From an uncultured bacterium (GTDB lineage: Bacteria > SAR324 > NAC60-12), in assembly GCA_965662845.1 (NCBI GenBank), contig CBFIJD010000005.1, forward strand, positions 61,087-125,086: a stretch of DNA of 64,000 nt. Reading direction: 5' to 3'. The position numbers and the translations under genes were made by a program. Positions 47,807 through 57,853 of the stretch are shown here, piece by piece. Within the stretch, counting starts at the first letter, position 1; each line of letters starts with the position of its first letter. The notes beneath the pieces were generated by a model. That model was not told where the DNA came from and did not search any database. It worked only from the letters and a program-made list of their open reading frames with translations.

Positions 47807-49240
47807 TTACGGAGCGAGGGGAAAGTCGATGTAAAAACCGGGGGTGTCGCCAGCGAGAAAGATCAGACGCGCCTGATGCAGTTCCAGCAGGTGTTGCCAG
47901 AACGGGATCACATCGGAGGCGGTCGATTTCAGCTGGCTCTCCGCAACGGTCAGCGGAAGATCACTAGCGGATGTATGGAAGCTCAAACGGACGCTGTGGT
48001 GCGTCTCTGACAGAGCATCCTCCAGTTGAAAAAAGGCCACAACTTTATCATGGAACAGGGTCTGGCGCAATTCTTCAAACGCGGATTGCAGGAGTCTCGC
48101 GTCTCCTAAAACGCGCGTAGATTCACTGCGGACCCTCACTTTGCTCTCAGGGAAGGCGGCTTGTAGCAGCTGATCTAACTGCAACGTGCTGCGTCGCAGC
48201 GGGATGCCTTCTTGCTCGTCGGTAGGCAGCACTTGCATCACTCCGAGGAAGCGTTCCTGCGAATGGTCGCGAGAAGCAGGGCTTCCCTGCACCCGTAGGC
48301 GGACGGTTTGCCCTGGAGCCAAGGAGAAGTAATGCGCCAGCGAGAAGGATTGGCTTCGCTGTAGGGCGCTCTCCCAGATCTGTTGCACGGTGGCACGCTC
48401 TGCTTCGGGGATGCGCTCTAAATATGCGGAGAAGAAGGCGGTAGAGGCCGTAGATGGGTGAATCTGCAAGAGCGTATACAAGTGAGGTGAGCAGATCACA
48501 CGCCCCGATTCCCATTGCCAATCGCCCAAGCGGGCGAGCTGCTGCGCCTGAAGCAGGCGGTCTTCCCGCTCTTGCAGCTTTTGTAATTCTTCTTGGCGCT
48601 GCAGCGTCACGTTCTCTAAGACAATCTGGCAGCCTCCCATCTCGCTTTCATCTTGAGTGGGCAAAGCGAAGCTGTGAGCGACCACGATTTGTTCGTCGCG
48701 CAGTTTCCATTCATCTCGCTGGGGCCCGTGTTCGCTGAGCACTCGCTGAAAATGTTTGCGGAAGTTGTCTTGCGAGTAGCGATGCAGAAACAGCGAAATG
48801 GGCATGCGTTCGGGGTAGAGGTCTGGGTTGGCTTGCCCCAGCAGCAGCGCGGCTTGGTGGTTCAGCTCTCGGATGCGACAGGCTTCGTCTAACACCAGGC
48901 AGGGAAGCGGCGAGTAGCGGAAGAGGTCTTGATAGCGCGCTTGAGACAGCTCCAAGGAGCGGCGGATTTCGCGGAGTTCTTCATTTTGCACGCGCAGTTC
49001 TTCCTGGTGGATGCGGAGCTCTTGGAGCAGCTCCATGACGTCGCGGCCCGTCGGATTGTTTTCATCTACCGCAACGTTGGCGGGCGAAAGCTCTCCCTCC
49101 TTTTGGGTGCGAGGCCACTGCTGTTGTAGCAGCGAGTTGTTCCACTGCTTGAGCGTCTCGTATTTCTGTTCCAGCTTCTTTTTCTCTGTCCGCAATTCTT
49201 CCAGTTCTCGGCGCAGCTGCTCTTGCTCTACCTGTTCCAT
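47807..49240 (-). CDS. Coiled-coil plus two-PAS protein with degenerate HATPase-like tail
   Basis: AGGAGG RBS; paralogous to the downstream gene; tail VLGDARLLQSAF...LLELHQARL...FYIDFP. Confidence 0.75.
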   Translation of the reverse strand: MEQVEQEQLRRELEELRTEKKKLEQKYETLKQWNNSLLQQQWPRTQKEGELSPANVAVDENNPTGRDVMELLQELRIHQEELRVQNEELREIRRSLELSQARYQDLFRYSPLPCLVLDEACRIRELNHQAALLLGQANPDLYPERMPISLFLHRYSQDNFRKHFQRVLSEHGPQRDEWKLRDEQIVVAHSFALPTQDESEMGGCQIVLENVTLQRQEELQKLQEREDRLLQAQQLARLGDWQWESGRVICSPHLYTLLQIHPSTASTAFFSAYLERIPEAERATVQQIWESALQRSQSFSLAHYFSLAPGQTVRLRVQGSPASRDHSQERFLGVMQVLPTDEQEGIPLRRSTLQLDQLLQAAFPESKVRVRSESTRVLGDARLLQSAFEELRQTLFHDKVVAFFQLEDALSETHHSVRLSFHTSASDLPLTVAESQLKSTASDVIPFWQHLLELHQARLIFLAGDTPGFYIDFPLAP

Positions 49241-49394
49241 TCGTCCTCCTTTGTTGCAAAGTCGTGACAGTTTGAGCGAGCAAAACAAAAAATACAACTG
49301 AAGAAACGGAATTTTTTCAGTGCTTTGTCAGGGAAGAAAAGAGAGGGGGCTTGCCTCGCAGAGAAGGAGGCAGGTGGGAGTGAGGACGCTGCGC

Positions 49395-49955
49395 TTAGGG
49401 AGCCGGCGGGACCGGGATAAACTCGGTCTTTTCCAGAAAAAACTCGATGGTAAACGGGAATTTATCCATGAAACGGAAGGAGAGCCGACGGCAGCGCTCC
49501 ATGTCATCGTTGGGCACGCCTTGAATCGAAAGCAGGATAGAGTCAACAATCTCTAAGGGTTTGGGGCGGCGATTGGTCGCAAAAAACCCATACTTTGTTT
49601 GCATCTTCTGCCGGAACTTGCCGATGAGTTGGTTGACCATTTCGCCCACGCTGTCGAGCACTTGGTCAGAGATATAATTTTCTGAGACCTCTTCTGGCGG
49701 CATCCCCATGTGAATCATCGAGGCGCGATAGTATTCCAAGGCGGTTTCTTGAGGAAAGTTCATAACGAGCAAGCCGCGATAGTCGCCTTCAAACTGAATG
49801 AAGCAGCTCACATCTGGTTTCAGATTCACCGAAGGGATCTTTTGCAAGTAGTTCGCGAATTGGGCGCTGGAGCCGCTGCTGCGCTGCATCACTTCAACGG
49901 TGGACTGGCCTAAGATCTGAGCGACCACATCAATGGTTTTGTGCGAATCAAGCAT
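49395..49955 (-). CDS. DUF3334 / CheX-like protein
   Basis: LKPD..CF..F.GD..GL..MNF, Y...M..MGMP and GE..NQ..G.F; GGAG-like RBS. Confidence 0.75.
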   Translation of the reverse strand: MLDSHKTIDVVAQILGQSTVEVMQRSSGSSAQFANYLQKIPSVNLKPDVSCFIQFEGDYRGLLVMNFPQETALEYYRASMIHMGMPPEEVSENYISDQVLDSVGEMVNQLIGKFRQKMQTKYGFFATNRRPKPLEIVDSILLSIQGVPNDDMERCRRLSFRFMDKFPFTIEFFLEKTEFIPVPPAP

Positions 49956-49990
49956 GGGGGTTCTCCGAGGGGTCGATGATAAGGGGAAAG

Positions 49991-50527
49991 TTAACGCGTA
50001 TGCCAACGCATGCCAAACTCGGTAGTGTATCCCACTACACGGGAAGCGACCTGTCCTTCAGCGTCAAGCAGGTAGTAAGTCGGAAAAGCGCCAATGCGAT
50101 AATCACGCGCCATCTGCGCATCACCGTAGAGGACAGGCAGCGTCAATTCGTGCTCATTGACGAACTCTTGCACTTGCTGTGGGCTCTCCCAACTCAAGGC
50201 GACAATCCAAATGTTCAACTCGTCTGCCGCGCGGCTTTGGCGCAGGTCTTCCAGATTGCCGATGCTCAAGTGACAGACGGTACACCATGGAGCGAAAAAG
50301 TAGAGCAAAAGGGGCTTTCCTTTTGCTTGGGACAGACTATAAGTTTGCCCGTCCATGGCGTAAAGCCGAAATTGTGGTGCCGCTTCCCGCTCCGGCAATA
50401 AGTCCCGTGCCTGCCACACCGAAACGCCCCAGAAGACCAACAGCGCCAGCACACCCGTACGCAATCCGCTAAGGGCGCGTCCACGCCAAACGCTCCACTG
50501 TTGCATGTGTCTCTCCGCAATGGTCAT
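49991..50527 (-). CDS. TlpA/redoxin-family thiol-disulfide oxidoreductase
   Basis: N-terminal TM helix, FFAPWCTVC and FPTYY (cis-Pro); start uncertain. Confidence 0.85.
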   Translation of the reverse strand: MTIAERHMQQWSVWRGRALSGLRTGVLALLVFWGVSVWQARDLLPEREAAPQFRLYAMDGQTYSLSQAKGKPLLLYFFAPWCTVCHLSIGNLEDLRQSRAADELNIWIVALSWESPQQVQEFVNEHELTLPVLYGDAQMARDYRIGAFPTYYLLDAEGQVASRVVGYTTEFGMRWHTR

Positions 50528-50682
50528 CGTGTGATCAACTCCGTGCGCATGCACTCTGACGCGACGGGCCCGTTTCTTTCGCAGAAAACCCACGGAACCG
50601 CAAGTGCGCGGCGCTCCAAGTGTCGAGAGAGAGGAACGCTCTCTGCTCCTCGCTTTCTTTTTATTTCTTATTACAAGTCGAT

Positions 50683-52509
50683 ATGAACCAAGCGCAAAAT
50701 CCAAACGTCCGTAACCTCGCCATCATCGCCCACGTTGACCACGGCAAAACCACCCTTGTTGACCAAATGTTCCGCCAAAGCGGGATGTTCCGTGACAATC
50801 AGGCTGTCGACGACCGCATGATGGACAACATGGACTTAGAGCGGGAACGCGGCATCACCATCGCCGCAAAAAACTGCTCGATCAGCTGGAAAAACATCAA
50901 AATCAACATCCTCGACACTCCAGGCCACGCCGACTTCGGCGGAGAAGTCGAACGCGCGCTCACAATGGTCGATGGCGCCATCTTGCTCTGTGACGCTTCC
51001 GAAGGCCCGCTTCCCCAAACTCGATTCGTCTTGAAAAAGGCGCTGGAGAACAATCTCAAGATCATGGTCGTGATTAATAAAATCGACCGCCAAGATGCTC
51101 GCCCGGAAGAGGTGCTCAACGAAATCTATGACCTCTTCATTGATTTGGACGCCAGCGATGAACAGATTGACTTCCCCGTGCTCTATGCAATCGGCCGAGA
51201 CGGCGTGGCAAAGAAGTCGCTCGAAGATGAGTCCAAAACACTGGAGCCCCTCTTGGATATGGTCGTGGAGCAAGTGCCCTCGCCCACTTATGACGCCGAC
51301 GCCCCCTTCCAGATGCTCGTGGCCGATTTGGGATACTCTGACTTTTTGGGGCGACTAGCGATTGGGCGTGTGGTCAACGGCGAAGTGCGGCGCAACGAAG
51401 GATTGGTTTGTATCGGCGAGAATGAGGTCAAGAACCTGCGCGCGACCAAGATTCAAGTCTACAACGGAACAGACATGGCCGAAGAAGAGGTCGTGCAAGC
51501 CGGCGACATCTTGATCCTGGCAGGCGTAGAAGAAGTACACATCGGAGATACGATCTGTCATACGGAGAGCCCCAAAGCCTTGCCCCGCCTGCAAATTGAC
51601 GAACCCACCGTCGCGATGCGCTTCTTCACCAACACCTCCCCGCTCTCTGGCCGCGAAGGCAAGCTGGTGCAGTCTACGAAGATTCGCGAGCGCTTGGTCT
51701 TAGAGACCCTGAGAAACGTCTCTCTACAAGTCGAAGACACCGCGGATGCAGAGTGTTTCTTGGTCAAAGGCCGTGGAGAGCTACAGATGGCCGTGTTGAT
51801 TGAAATGATGAGACGAGAAGGCTTTGAGGTAACGGTCGGGCGCCCAGAAGTGATCTTCCGTGAAGAGGATGGCAAAACGCTAGAACCTATCGAAGATGTG
51901 TATGTGGACTGTGAAGAGACCTTCCTTGGCGTTGTCTCTGAGAAGCTCTCGCAGCGCAAAGGACGCATGGTCAACTTGGTCAATCACGGAACCGGTCGTG
52001 TGCGCGCTCAGTTTCAGGTGCCTTCCCGTGGCTTAATCGGATATCGCAGCGAGTTTCTCACCGACACGCGCGGCACAGGCATTCTGAACTCCATTCTGCA
52101 CGGATTTGAACCGCATCGAGGTCCCCTGCCCACTCGCTTGACCGGCTCCTTAGTGGCAGACCGCTCTGGCAAAGCGATCACATACGCGCTCTTCAATTTG
52201 GAGCCGAGAGGGCGACTCTTTGTGGTCCCAGGGGATGAAGTGTATGAAGGCATGCTGATTGGAGAGCACAACCGAGAGGGCGATTTGAACGTGAATCCCT
52301 GCAAGGAGAAGAAGCTCACCAACGTGCGCGCTTCAGGGAAAGACGAGAGCACGACGCTGACTCCGGTGTTACCGCTCACACTGGAGCAGGCGATTGAGTT
52401 CTTGGCTGAGGACGAAGTGGTGGAGGTGACGCCAAAAAACATCCGCCTCCGCAAAGCGATTCTCAATCAATCGGAGCGAGCGATCGCAGCCAAACGAACC
52501 AAGAAGTAA
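50683..52509 (+). CDS. typA: Translational GTPase TypA/BipA
   Basis: [38 protein letters not shown] and KKLTN.RASG.D. Confidence 0.97.
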   Translation: MNQAQNPNVRNLAIIAHVDHGKTTLVDQMFRQSGMFRDNQAVDDRMMDNMDLERERGITIAAKNCSISWKNIKINILDTPGHADFGGEVERALTMVDGAILLCDASEGPLPQTRFVLKKALENNLKIMVVINKIDRQDARPEEVLNEIYDLFIDLDASDEQIDFPVLYAIGRDGVAKKSLEDESKTLEPLLDMVVEQVPSPTYDADAPFQMLVADLGYSDFLGRLAIGRVVNGEVRRNEGLVCIGENEVKNLRATKIQVYNGTDMAEEEVVQAGDILILAGVEEVHIGDTICHTESPKALPRLQIDEPTVAMRFFTNTSPLSGREGKLVQSTKIRERLVLETLRNVSLQVEDTADAECFLVKGRGELQMAVLIEMMRREGFEVTVGRPEVIFREEDGKTLEPIEDVYVDCEETFLGVVSEKLSQRKGRMVNLVNHGTGRVRAQFQVPSRGLIGYRSEFLTDTRGTGILNSILHGFEPHRGPLPTRLTGSLVADRSGKAITYALFNLEPRGRLFVVPGDEVYEGMLIGEHNREGDLNVNPCKEKKLTNVRASGKDESTTLTPVLPLTLEQAIEFLAEDEVVEVTPKNIRLRKAILNQSERAIAAKRTKK

Positions 52510-52511
52510 AG

Positions 52512-52853
52512 TTAGCTGAGGAATTTCGCGCGGGCAGCCTCTTCGTCTGGAAAGATTCCCAAGACGCTGCCCAAGCCACACATCTCAAAGATATTCCCCA
52601 CGACCTCGTTTAAACCCACCAAGCCCAGCGCAATCTTCGACTTCTGCAAGGTGACATGCAGCGACGTCACCAAGCCCACGCCGCCAGAGTCAATAAACTC
52701 TAAACCGGATAGCTCAAGCAGCACCACCTGAAGCCCCTCCGTTTTTGTCAACGGCTCCAAATAAGTGCGCACCGCTATAATTCCATCGATGGCTAAAGTG
52801 CCTGTCACGCTAACCACCAGACACTGATCTTTGAACTCATGACAAATCTTCAT
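52512..52853 (-). CDS. STAS-domain anti-sigma factor antagonist
   Basis: L..LEFIDSGG.G with the phosphorylatable Ser; IF..CGL. Confidence 0.85.
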   Translation of the reverse strand: MKICHEFKDQCLVVSVTGTLAIDGIIAVRTYLEPLTKTEGLQVVLLELSGLEFIDSGGVGLVTSLHVTLQKSKIALGLVGLNEVVGNIFEMCGLGSVLGIFPDEEAARAKFLS

Positions 52854-53085
52854 CGTTCTCCTTAGAGCGAATGGGAGAGGAAAAATCACAATTTGAGTCT
52901 CTTTTCAGGAGAAACTCCTTCTGCAAAAGAAGGCACCATTTCAGCATCCGAAAAAAAGTCGAGGCAAAGTCATCGAACTCTTTTTTTCCCGTGACACTCG
53001 CGGCGCAGTACGTTGTAATTCAGAAATCCATCTCAATTCAAAGTGACACTGGCGTACTTCTCAATCCCGCATCGAGCTATCCTGT

Positions 53086-54498
53086 ATGAGAACAACGCTG
53101 GTCTGGTTCCGCAACGATCTGCGTCTGCACGATCACCTCCCGCTTCACAAAGCGAAGCAAGAGTCCTCTCAACTTCTCGCCGTGTTTTGTCTTCCTCCCC
53201 GCTGGCTAGAATCGACTCTCCACGGTTTCCCGAAAGTTGGCGCGTTCCGTATGCAGTTTTTGCTACAAAGCTTAGAAGACCTGCGCAAACACCTGCGCGA
53301 GCGACAGTGTGAGTTGATCTTTCGCCAAGGAGAGCCCGCCGAAGTACTCACGAAACTGGTGGACTGCTACGAAGTGAAGGAGGTCTATGCGCACCGCGAA
53401 GTTGCGAGTGAAGAGGTGGCGGAAGAAGAGGCCGTGCGTTCTGCGATCTCAGTCCCTTTGCGCTTGTGTGAGGGCAACAGTCTCTTTCATGAGAGCGATT
53501 TGCCCTTCTCTCTGATTGACTTGCCCGACACCTTCACGACCTTCCGCAAGCTGGTCGAGAAGCGCAGCACGGTCAGCCGCGCGCTCAACATTCCCGACAA
53601 ACTGCCCAAGGCTCCAGATGGTTGCGAGCCGGGCAAGCTGCCATCGTTCACAGAGCTGGGTTTAGAGAAGCCACTAGAAGACTTGCGCGCCGTCATTCGG
53701 CACACCGGTGGAGAGACCCCTGGGCTGGCGCGGCTGCAACACTACCTTTGGCATTCAGATGCCATCCAAACCTATAAAGAAACGCGCAACGGCATGTTGC
53801 ACACAGACGAATCTTCCAAATTTTCCGCGTGGCTTTCCCTAGGATGTCTCTCTCCTCGTCGCATTTATTACGAAGTTCGACGTTACGAAGAAGAGGTGCT
53901 CGCGAATCAGTCTACCTATTGGCTGATCTTTGAGCTGTTGTGGCGAGAGTTCTTTCGATGGGTCGCGGCGCGCTTCGGTGACCGGCTCTTTCAGAGTGGA
54001 GGCATCCGCGGAGTGGCCCCAAAGACGAGGCCGAACGCCGCTTGGGTAGACGCTTGGTGTGCTGGCGAGACTGGAGTTCCATTTGTGGACGCGCACATGC
54101 GCGAGTTGAACGCGACCGGCTTCATGTCGAACCGTGGCCGGCAGAACGTGGCCTCCTTTTTGGTGAAAGATCTGGAGCAAGATTGGCGAGTGGGGGCAGA
54201 ATATTTCGAGAGCCAGCTCATCGACTACGACGTCCACAGCAACTGGGGCAACTGGAATTACGTCGCTGGCATCGGCAACGACCCACGCGAAGACCGCTAC
54301 TTCAACATGGTGTCCCAGGCGTCTCGCTATGACCCCAAAGGGGAGTTTGTGATTCGCTGGGTTCCTGAGCTGCGCGACGTCCCAGCCAGAGAGCTGCCTT
54401 ACGTCGTTCGCTTTCACCGTAGTCAGCGCGAACAATACCAACTGGGCTCTTATCCAGAACCGCTTGTGTTCCCCAACGCTTGGCGCAAGTCGCACTAA
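53086..54498 (+). CDS. Cryptochrome DASH (photolyase family)
   Basis: WFRNDLRLHD, FT.FRK.VE, YKETRNG, SSKFS.WL, MSNRGRQNVASFL and N.GNW.Y.AG.GNDPR. Confidence 0.92.
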   Translation: MRTTLVWFRNDLRLHDHLPLHKAKQESSQLLAVFCLPPRWLESTLHGFPKVGAFRMQFLLQSLEDLRKHLRERQCELIFRQGEPAEVLTKLVDCYEVKEVYAHREVASEEVAEEEAVRSAISVPLRLCEGNSLFHESDLPFSLIDLPDTFTTFRKLVEKRSTVSRALNIPDKLPKAPDGCEPGKLPSFTELGLEKPLEDLRAVIRHTGGETPGLARLQHYLWHSDAIQTYKETRNGMLHTDESSKFSAWLSLGCLSPRRIYYEVRRYEEEVLANQSTYWLIFELLWREFFRWVAARFGDRLFQSGGIRGVAPKTRPNAAWVDAWCAGETGVPFVDAHMRELNATGFMSNRGRQNVASFLVKDLEQDWRVGAEYFESQLIDYDVHSNWGNWNYVAGIGNDPREDRYFNMVSQASRYDPKGEFVIRWVPELRDVPARELPYVVRFHRSQREQYQLGSYPEPLVFPNAWRKSH

Positions 54499-54596
54499 TG
54501 CGGTCTCGCTCCATTTTGCGGCTTGTTGTGTGCAAGAGTGGATGAGACAATGCGTGTTCAAATCATTGTTTTTGCTACTTATCTCTGCACACTCTT

Positions 54597-55961
54597 ATGA
54601 CTGTCTCTGTGCGCCGCGCCTTCGATCAACCCCCGCTTTCGCTTCCAGAAGCTCTCGCGCTTTTGCGCCAACAACTCTGCCAACGCAGCACGGTTGTGCA
54701 GGGCATCCAGCAGCTTCGCTATCGCATCACAGACACAGATCCGCTGAGCTGGCTCCAGCAACAAAAGGTGCCTCAGCGAGTATATTGGGCAGACCGAGAT
54801 CAAGCGCAGCAGCTAGCTGGCATGGGACAAGCGCTCTATGCGCAAGGCTCTTTCTCGGAAGTCGCCGTGCATTTAGAAGAGTGGAAAGCCGCGGCGCCAC
54901 CGCACATCTGGTTCTTAGGAGGCAGCTGCTTTGATGAGACAGATGACGCTTCGTCACGCTTGCGAGCAGGTTTTGTGCTCCCTCAACTCATGCTACAGCG
55001 CACGCCCGAAGGGACTTTTCTGGTTGCACATCGCGTGTGTGGATTGCGAGGAGTCCCCCCGAATTTGCCGCTGTTAGAGCTGCTAGATCACGTTCAGTTT
55101 CTGGAGAATGCGGCGCCTCCTGCGGCTCTCTCCGTTCAAGAGCGCTGTGATTTTCCGAACGAAACCGAATGGAAACATGCGGTCACACGCGCACTAGAGT
55201 TGATTCGGAGTCGTGACTGCCAAAAAGTCGTGCTTGCGCGGGAGACGCGCCTGCAACTCAATCAGCAGCCCGACCCGTTCTTTTTGCTGGATGAGCTTCG
55301 TCATCAGTCTGCGCGTGCCTTTCATTTTGGCTGGCAGTGGGATTCAGACACTGCCTTTGTCAGCATCACTCCAGAGCGCCTCTTTCGTCGTCAAGGACAA
55401 CACCTCGAGAGTGAAGCCATCGCCGGAACGCGGCCGCGAGGGAGCGACCAAGCGGAAGACGAACAGCTCTGGCACGACCTCTCGCATGACACCAAAGAAG
55501 TGCGCGAGCATCTGATGGTGCTCCGTTTTTTAGAAGAACGCTTTGCGGCACACTGCACCCACGTTGAGCGGCTCTCCCGACTCGAAGCGCTCCAGCTCTC
55601 CCACGTCCAACACCTGCAAAGTCGCATCCGCGGCATCTTACGGGAAGATGTCAGCGACGCTGCGATTCTGGCAGCCTTACACCCGACGCCGGCAGTTTGT
55701 GGTCTTCCTCAAGCGCGCGCGCGCATGCACATTCGCGAGTTAGAGGGCTTTGACCGTGGCTGGTATGCGGGCCCCATTGGCTGCGTGAGCCCTCAATACA
55801 CCGAATTCGCCGTCGGCATTCGTTCGGGCTTGCTCCATGGAGACAAGCTGACGATCTATGCGGGCGCTGGCATTGTTGAAGGTTCCGAGCCCGAGCGGGA
55901 GTGGCAAGAACTCGAACATAAGCTGCGCAACTGGAACACCCTCCTGCACCTGCAACCGTGA
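54597..55961 (+). CDS. menF: Isochorismate synthase
   Basis: KVVLAR, TPERL, AGTR.RG, LHPTPAV.G, RGWYAG and AGAGIV; translationally coupled to menD. Confidence 0.9.
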   Translation: MTVSVRRAFDQPPLSLPEALALLRQQLCQRSTVVQGIQQLRYRITDTDPLSWLQQQKVPQRVYWADRDQAQQLAGMGQALYAQGSFSEVAVHLEEWKAAAPPHIWFLGGSCFDETDDASSRLRAGFVLPQLMLQRTPEGTFLVAHRVCGLRGVPPNLPLLELLDHVQFLENAAPPAALSVQERCDFPNETEWKHAVTRALELIRSRDCQKVVLARETRLQLNQQPDPFFLLDELRHQSARAFHFGWQWDSDTAFVSITPERLFRRQGQHLESEAIAGTRPRGSDQAEDEQLWHDLSHDTKEVREHLMVLRFLEERFAAHCTHVERLSRLEALQLSHVQHLQSRIRGILREDVSDAAILAALHPTPAVCGLPQARARMHIRELEGFDRGWYAGPIGCVSPQYTEFAVGIRSGLLHGDKLTIYAGAGIVEGSEPEREWQELEHKLRNWNTLLHLQP

Positions 55962-57658
55962 ACGCGAACGAACGCTGGAGCGCTTGGCTGATAGAAGAGC
56001 TGGTCGCGCAGGGAGTGGCACTCTTTTGCATCTCTCCTGGGTCGCGCTCCACACCGCTCACCGTCAGCGCCGCGAGACACCCCACCGCGCTGGCGAAAAT
56101 TTTTCATGATGAACGAGCCGCCGCCTACTTTGCGCTGGGATTTGCGCGGGCAACAGGGGCGCCTGCGGCTCTCATCTGCACCTCGGGAACTGCGGCGGCC
56201 AACTACTTCCCCGCTGTGATTGAGGCCAACGTCGAACACCTGCCGCTCTTAGTCCTCTCTGCAGACCGACCTCCTGAGCTACAGCACTCCGGTGCGAATC
56301 AAACGATTGAACAGACGCAGCTGTTTGGAGCGCATGTGCGCTGGTTTCACGACCCTGGCTGCCCCCGTGAAGACGCCCAAGCCGCCGAGGTCAAATCTTG
56401 GGCCGCACAGGCGGTTCACCGCACACTGGCGCCGGATGCTGGGCCGGTTCATCTCAATTTGCCTTTCCGTGAGCCGTTTCTTTCCAGCAGCGCCTCTTTG
56501 CCTCCGGTGCTTGGGGCGCCGCATGTTCAGCTGTCTCGTCCTGTGTTGCAAATGGATGAGCAGACGCGGCGCAAGCTCGAGGAGCTGCTACAGAGCCCCT
56601 GTGGGGTGATCACAGTCGGTGGCATTCCCGCCAAGGCCGTTGAGCCGCTGCGTCGAGCCCTGTCACGAATAGGCTGGCCCGTGTTCGCGGACATTGCCTC
56701 GGGGCTACGTTTTGGCGAGCTATCTTGTCGGATCACGCTGGCCGATCAGGCATTGCTACACGCAGAAATCAGGCAAAAGTGGCACCCCACCGTGTGGCTT
56801 CACATCGGGAACTCGTTGGTGTCGAAGCGTTATTTGCAGTGGTGGGAAACCTGTGAACAAGCCTGCAAAGTGGTGCTGACCCCGCATACAGAGCGACAAG
56901 ACCCAGTCCATCGCCCCCAATGGCGAGTCCAAGCGCACTATGAAGCATGGGCAGAGACGATCGAAACACGAGCCCCCAGCGCGGACCGCAGGGCATGGCT
57001 GGAGCAGTGGCAAGGCGCCTCGCAGCAACTGGAACAGCACGCCCAAGCATGGTGGGATCAGACCGATGAGCTACGCGAGACCAGCGTTGTTCGTGCTTTG
57101 GTTGAACAAACTCCCGAGGGCAGAGGCCTCTTTGTGGGAAATAGCCTGCCTGTGCGCGAAATCGACATGCTCGCCCCAGCGAGGGACAGCAGACTCGACG
57201 TGGCGGCCAATCGCGGCGCCAGCGGCATTGATGGGCTCCTCGCTACCGCTTGTGGTTGGGCTGAGGGACGCCAGGCTGCTGTGACCGCCGTGTTGGGCGA
57301 CGTCTCTACGTTGCATGATCTCAACTCGTTATTGCTGATGCGCAATAGCGCGGTGCCCATTGTGCTGGTTGTCTTCAATAATGACGGGGGAGGCATTTTT
57401 CAGTGGCTGCCGATCTCACAACAAAACGATGTGTTTGAAGGATATTTCGCGACTCCGCACGGATGTCAGTTTGAGAAGTGTGCGGAAATGTTCTCACTTG
57501 CTTATTTTTCTCCCAAGACGCTGTCGGAGTTTCGCGAAATGTACGCTAAAGCCTGCATGTCTGGCACAAGCTCACTGATCGAAGTAGCCACTGATCGACA
57601 AAAAACTTTCTTGCAGCAACAAGAGTGGCAGGCGTTGGTTCGCCAACTCCAAGTTTGA
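55958..57658 (+). CDS. menD: SEPHCHC synthase MenD
   Basis: SPGSRSTPL, DER.A..FALG, TSGTA, NRGASGIDG, GD....HDLN and NN.GGGIF. Confidence 0.95.
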   Translation: MNANERWSAWLIEELVAQGVALFCISPGSRSTPLTVSAARHPTALAKIFHDERAAAYFALGFARATGAPAALICTSGTAAANYFPAVIEANVEHLPLLVLSADRPPELQHSGANQTIEQTQLFGAHVRWFHDPGCPREDAQAAEVKSWAAQAVHRTLAPDAGPVHLNLPFREPFLSSSASLPPVLGAPHVQLSRPVLQMDEQTRRKLEELLQSPCGVITVGGIPAKAVEPLRRALSRIGWPVFADIASGLRFGELSCRITLADQALLHAEIRQKWHPTVWLHIGNSLVSKRYLQWWETCEQACKVVLTPHTERQDPVHRPQWRVQAHYEAWAETIETRAPSADRRAWLEQWQGASQQLEQHAQAWWDQTDELRETSVVRALVEQTPEGRGLFVGNSLPVREIDMLAPARDSRLDVAANRGASGIDGLLATACGWAEGRQAAVTAVLGDVSTLHDLNSLLLMRNSAVPIVLVVFNNDGGGIFQWLPISQQNDVFEGYFATPHGCQFEKCAEMFSLAYFSPKTLSEFREMYAKACMSGTSSLIEVATDRQKTFLQQQEWQALVRQLQV

Positions 57659-57784
57659 GGCAAAAAGTACTCAGGCTATGAGGCGCTGCTCTCAGCTACG
57701 GATGGTTTTTTGTTCTAAGGAACCGGTTGCTTCTGGCCAGATCGCCCGTAACTCCTCAAAAAAAACGAAAAACAACTTTTCCGC

Positions 57785-57813
57785 TTGCGTGAAGTTCCGG
57801 AAGGCTATAAATT
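57785..57813 (+). promoter_or_regulatory. Sigma70-type promoter of ilvBN with upstream A-tracts
   Basis: TTGCGT-17 nt-TAAATT, preceded by AAAAAAAACGAAAAAC. Confidence 0.45.
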
Positions 57814-57853
57814 CTCGCCCTTCTTTACAATACCTAGAACAGGAATGAGACGT

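Noticed and set aside
52991..53050. Direct repeat GTGACACT twice upstream of cry-DASH
   Set aside because: Only two 8-bp copies, 52 bp apart; compatible with chance and not a CRISPR array or iteron.
57659..57850. ilvB leader peptide / attenuator
   Set aside because: The only upstream ORF is not Ile/Leu/Val-rich, there is no terminator hairpin, and the likely promoter lies downstream of its start.
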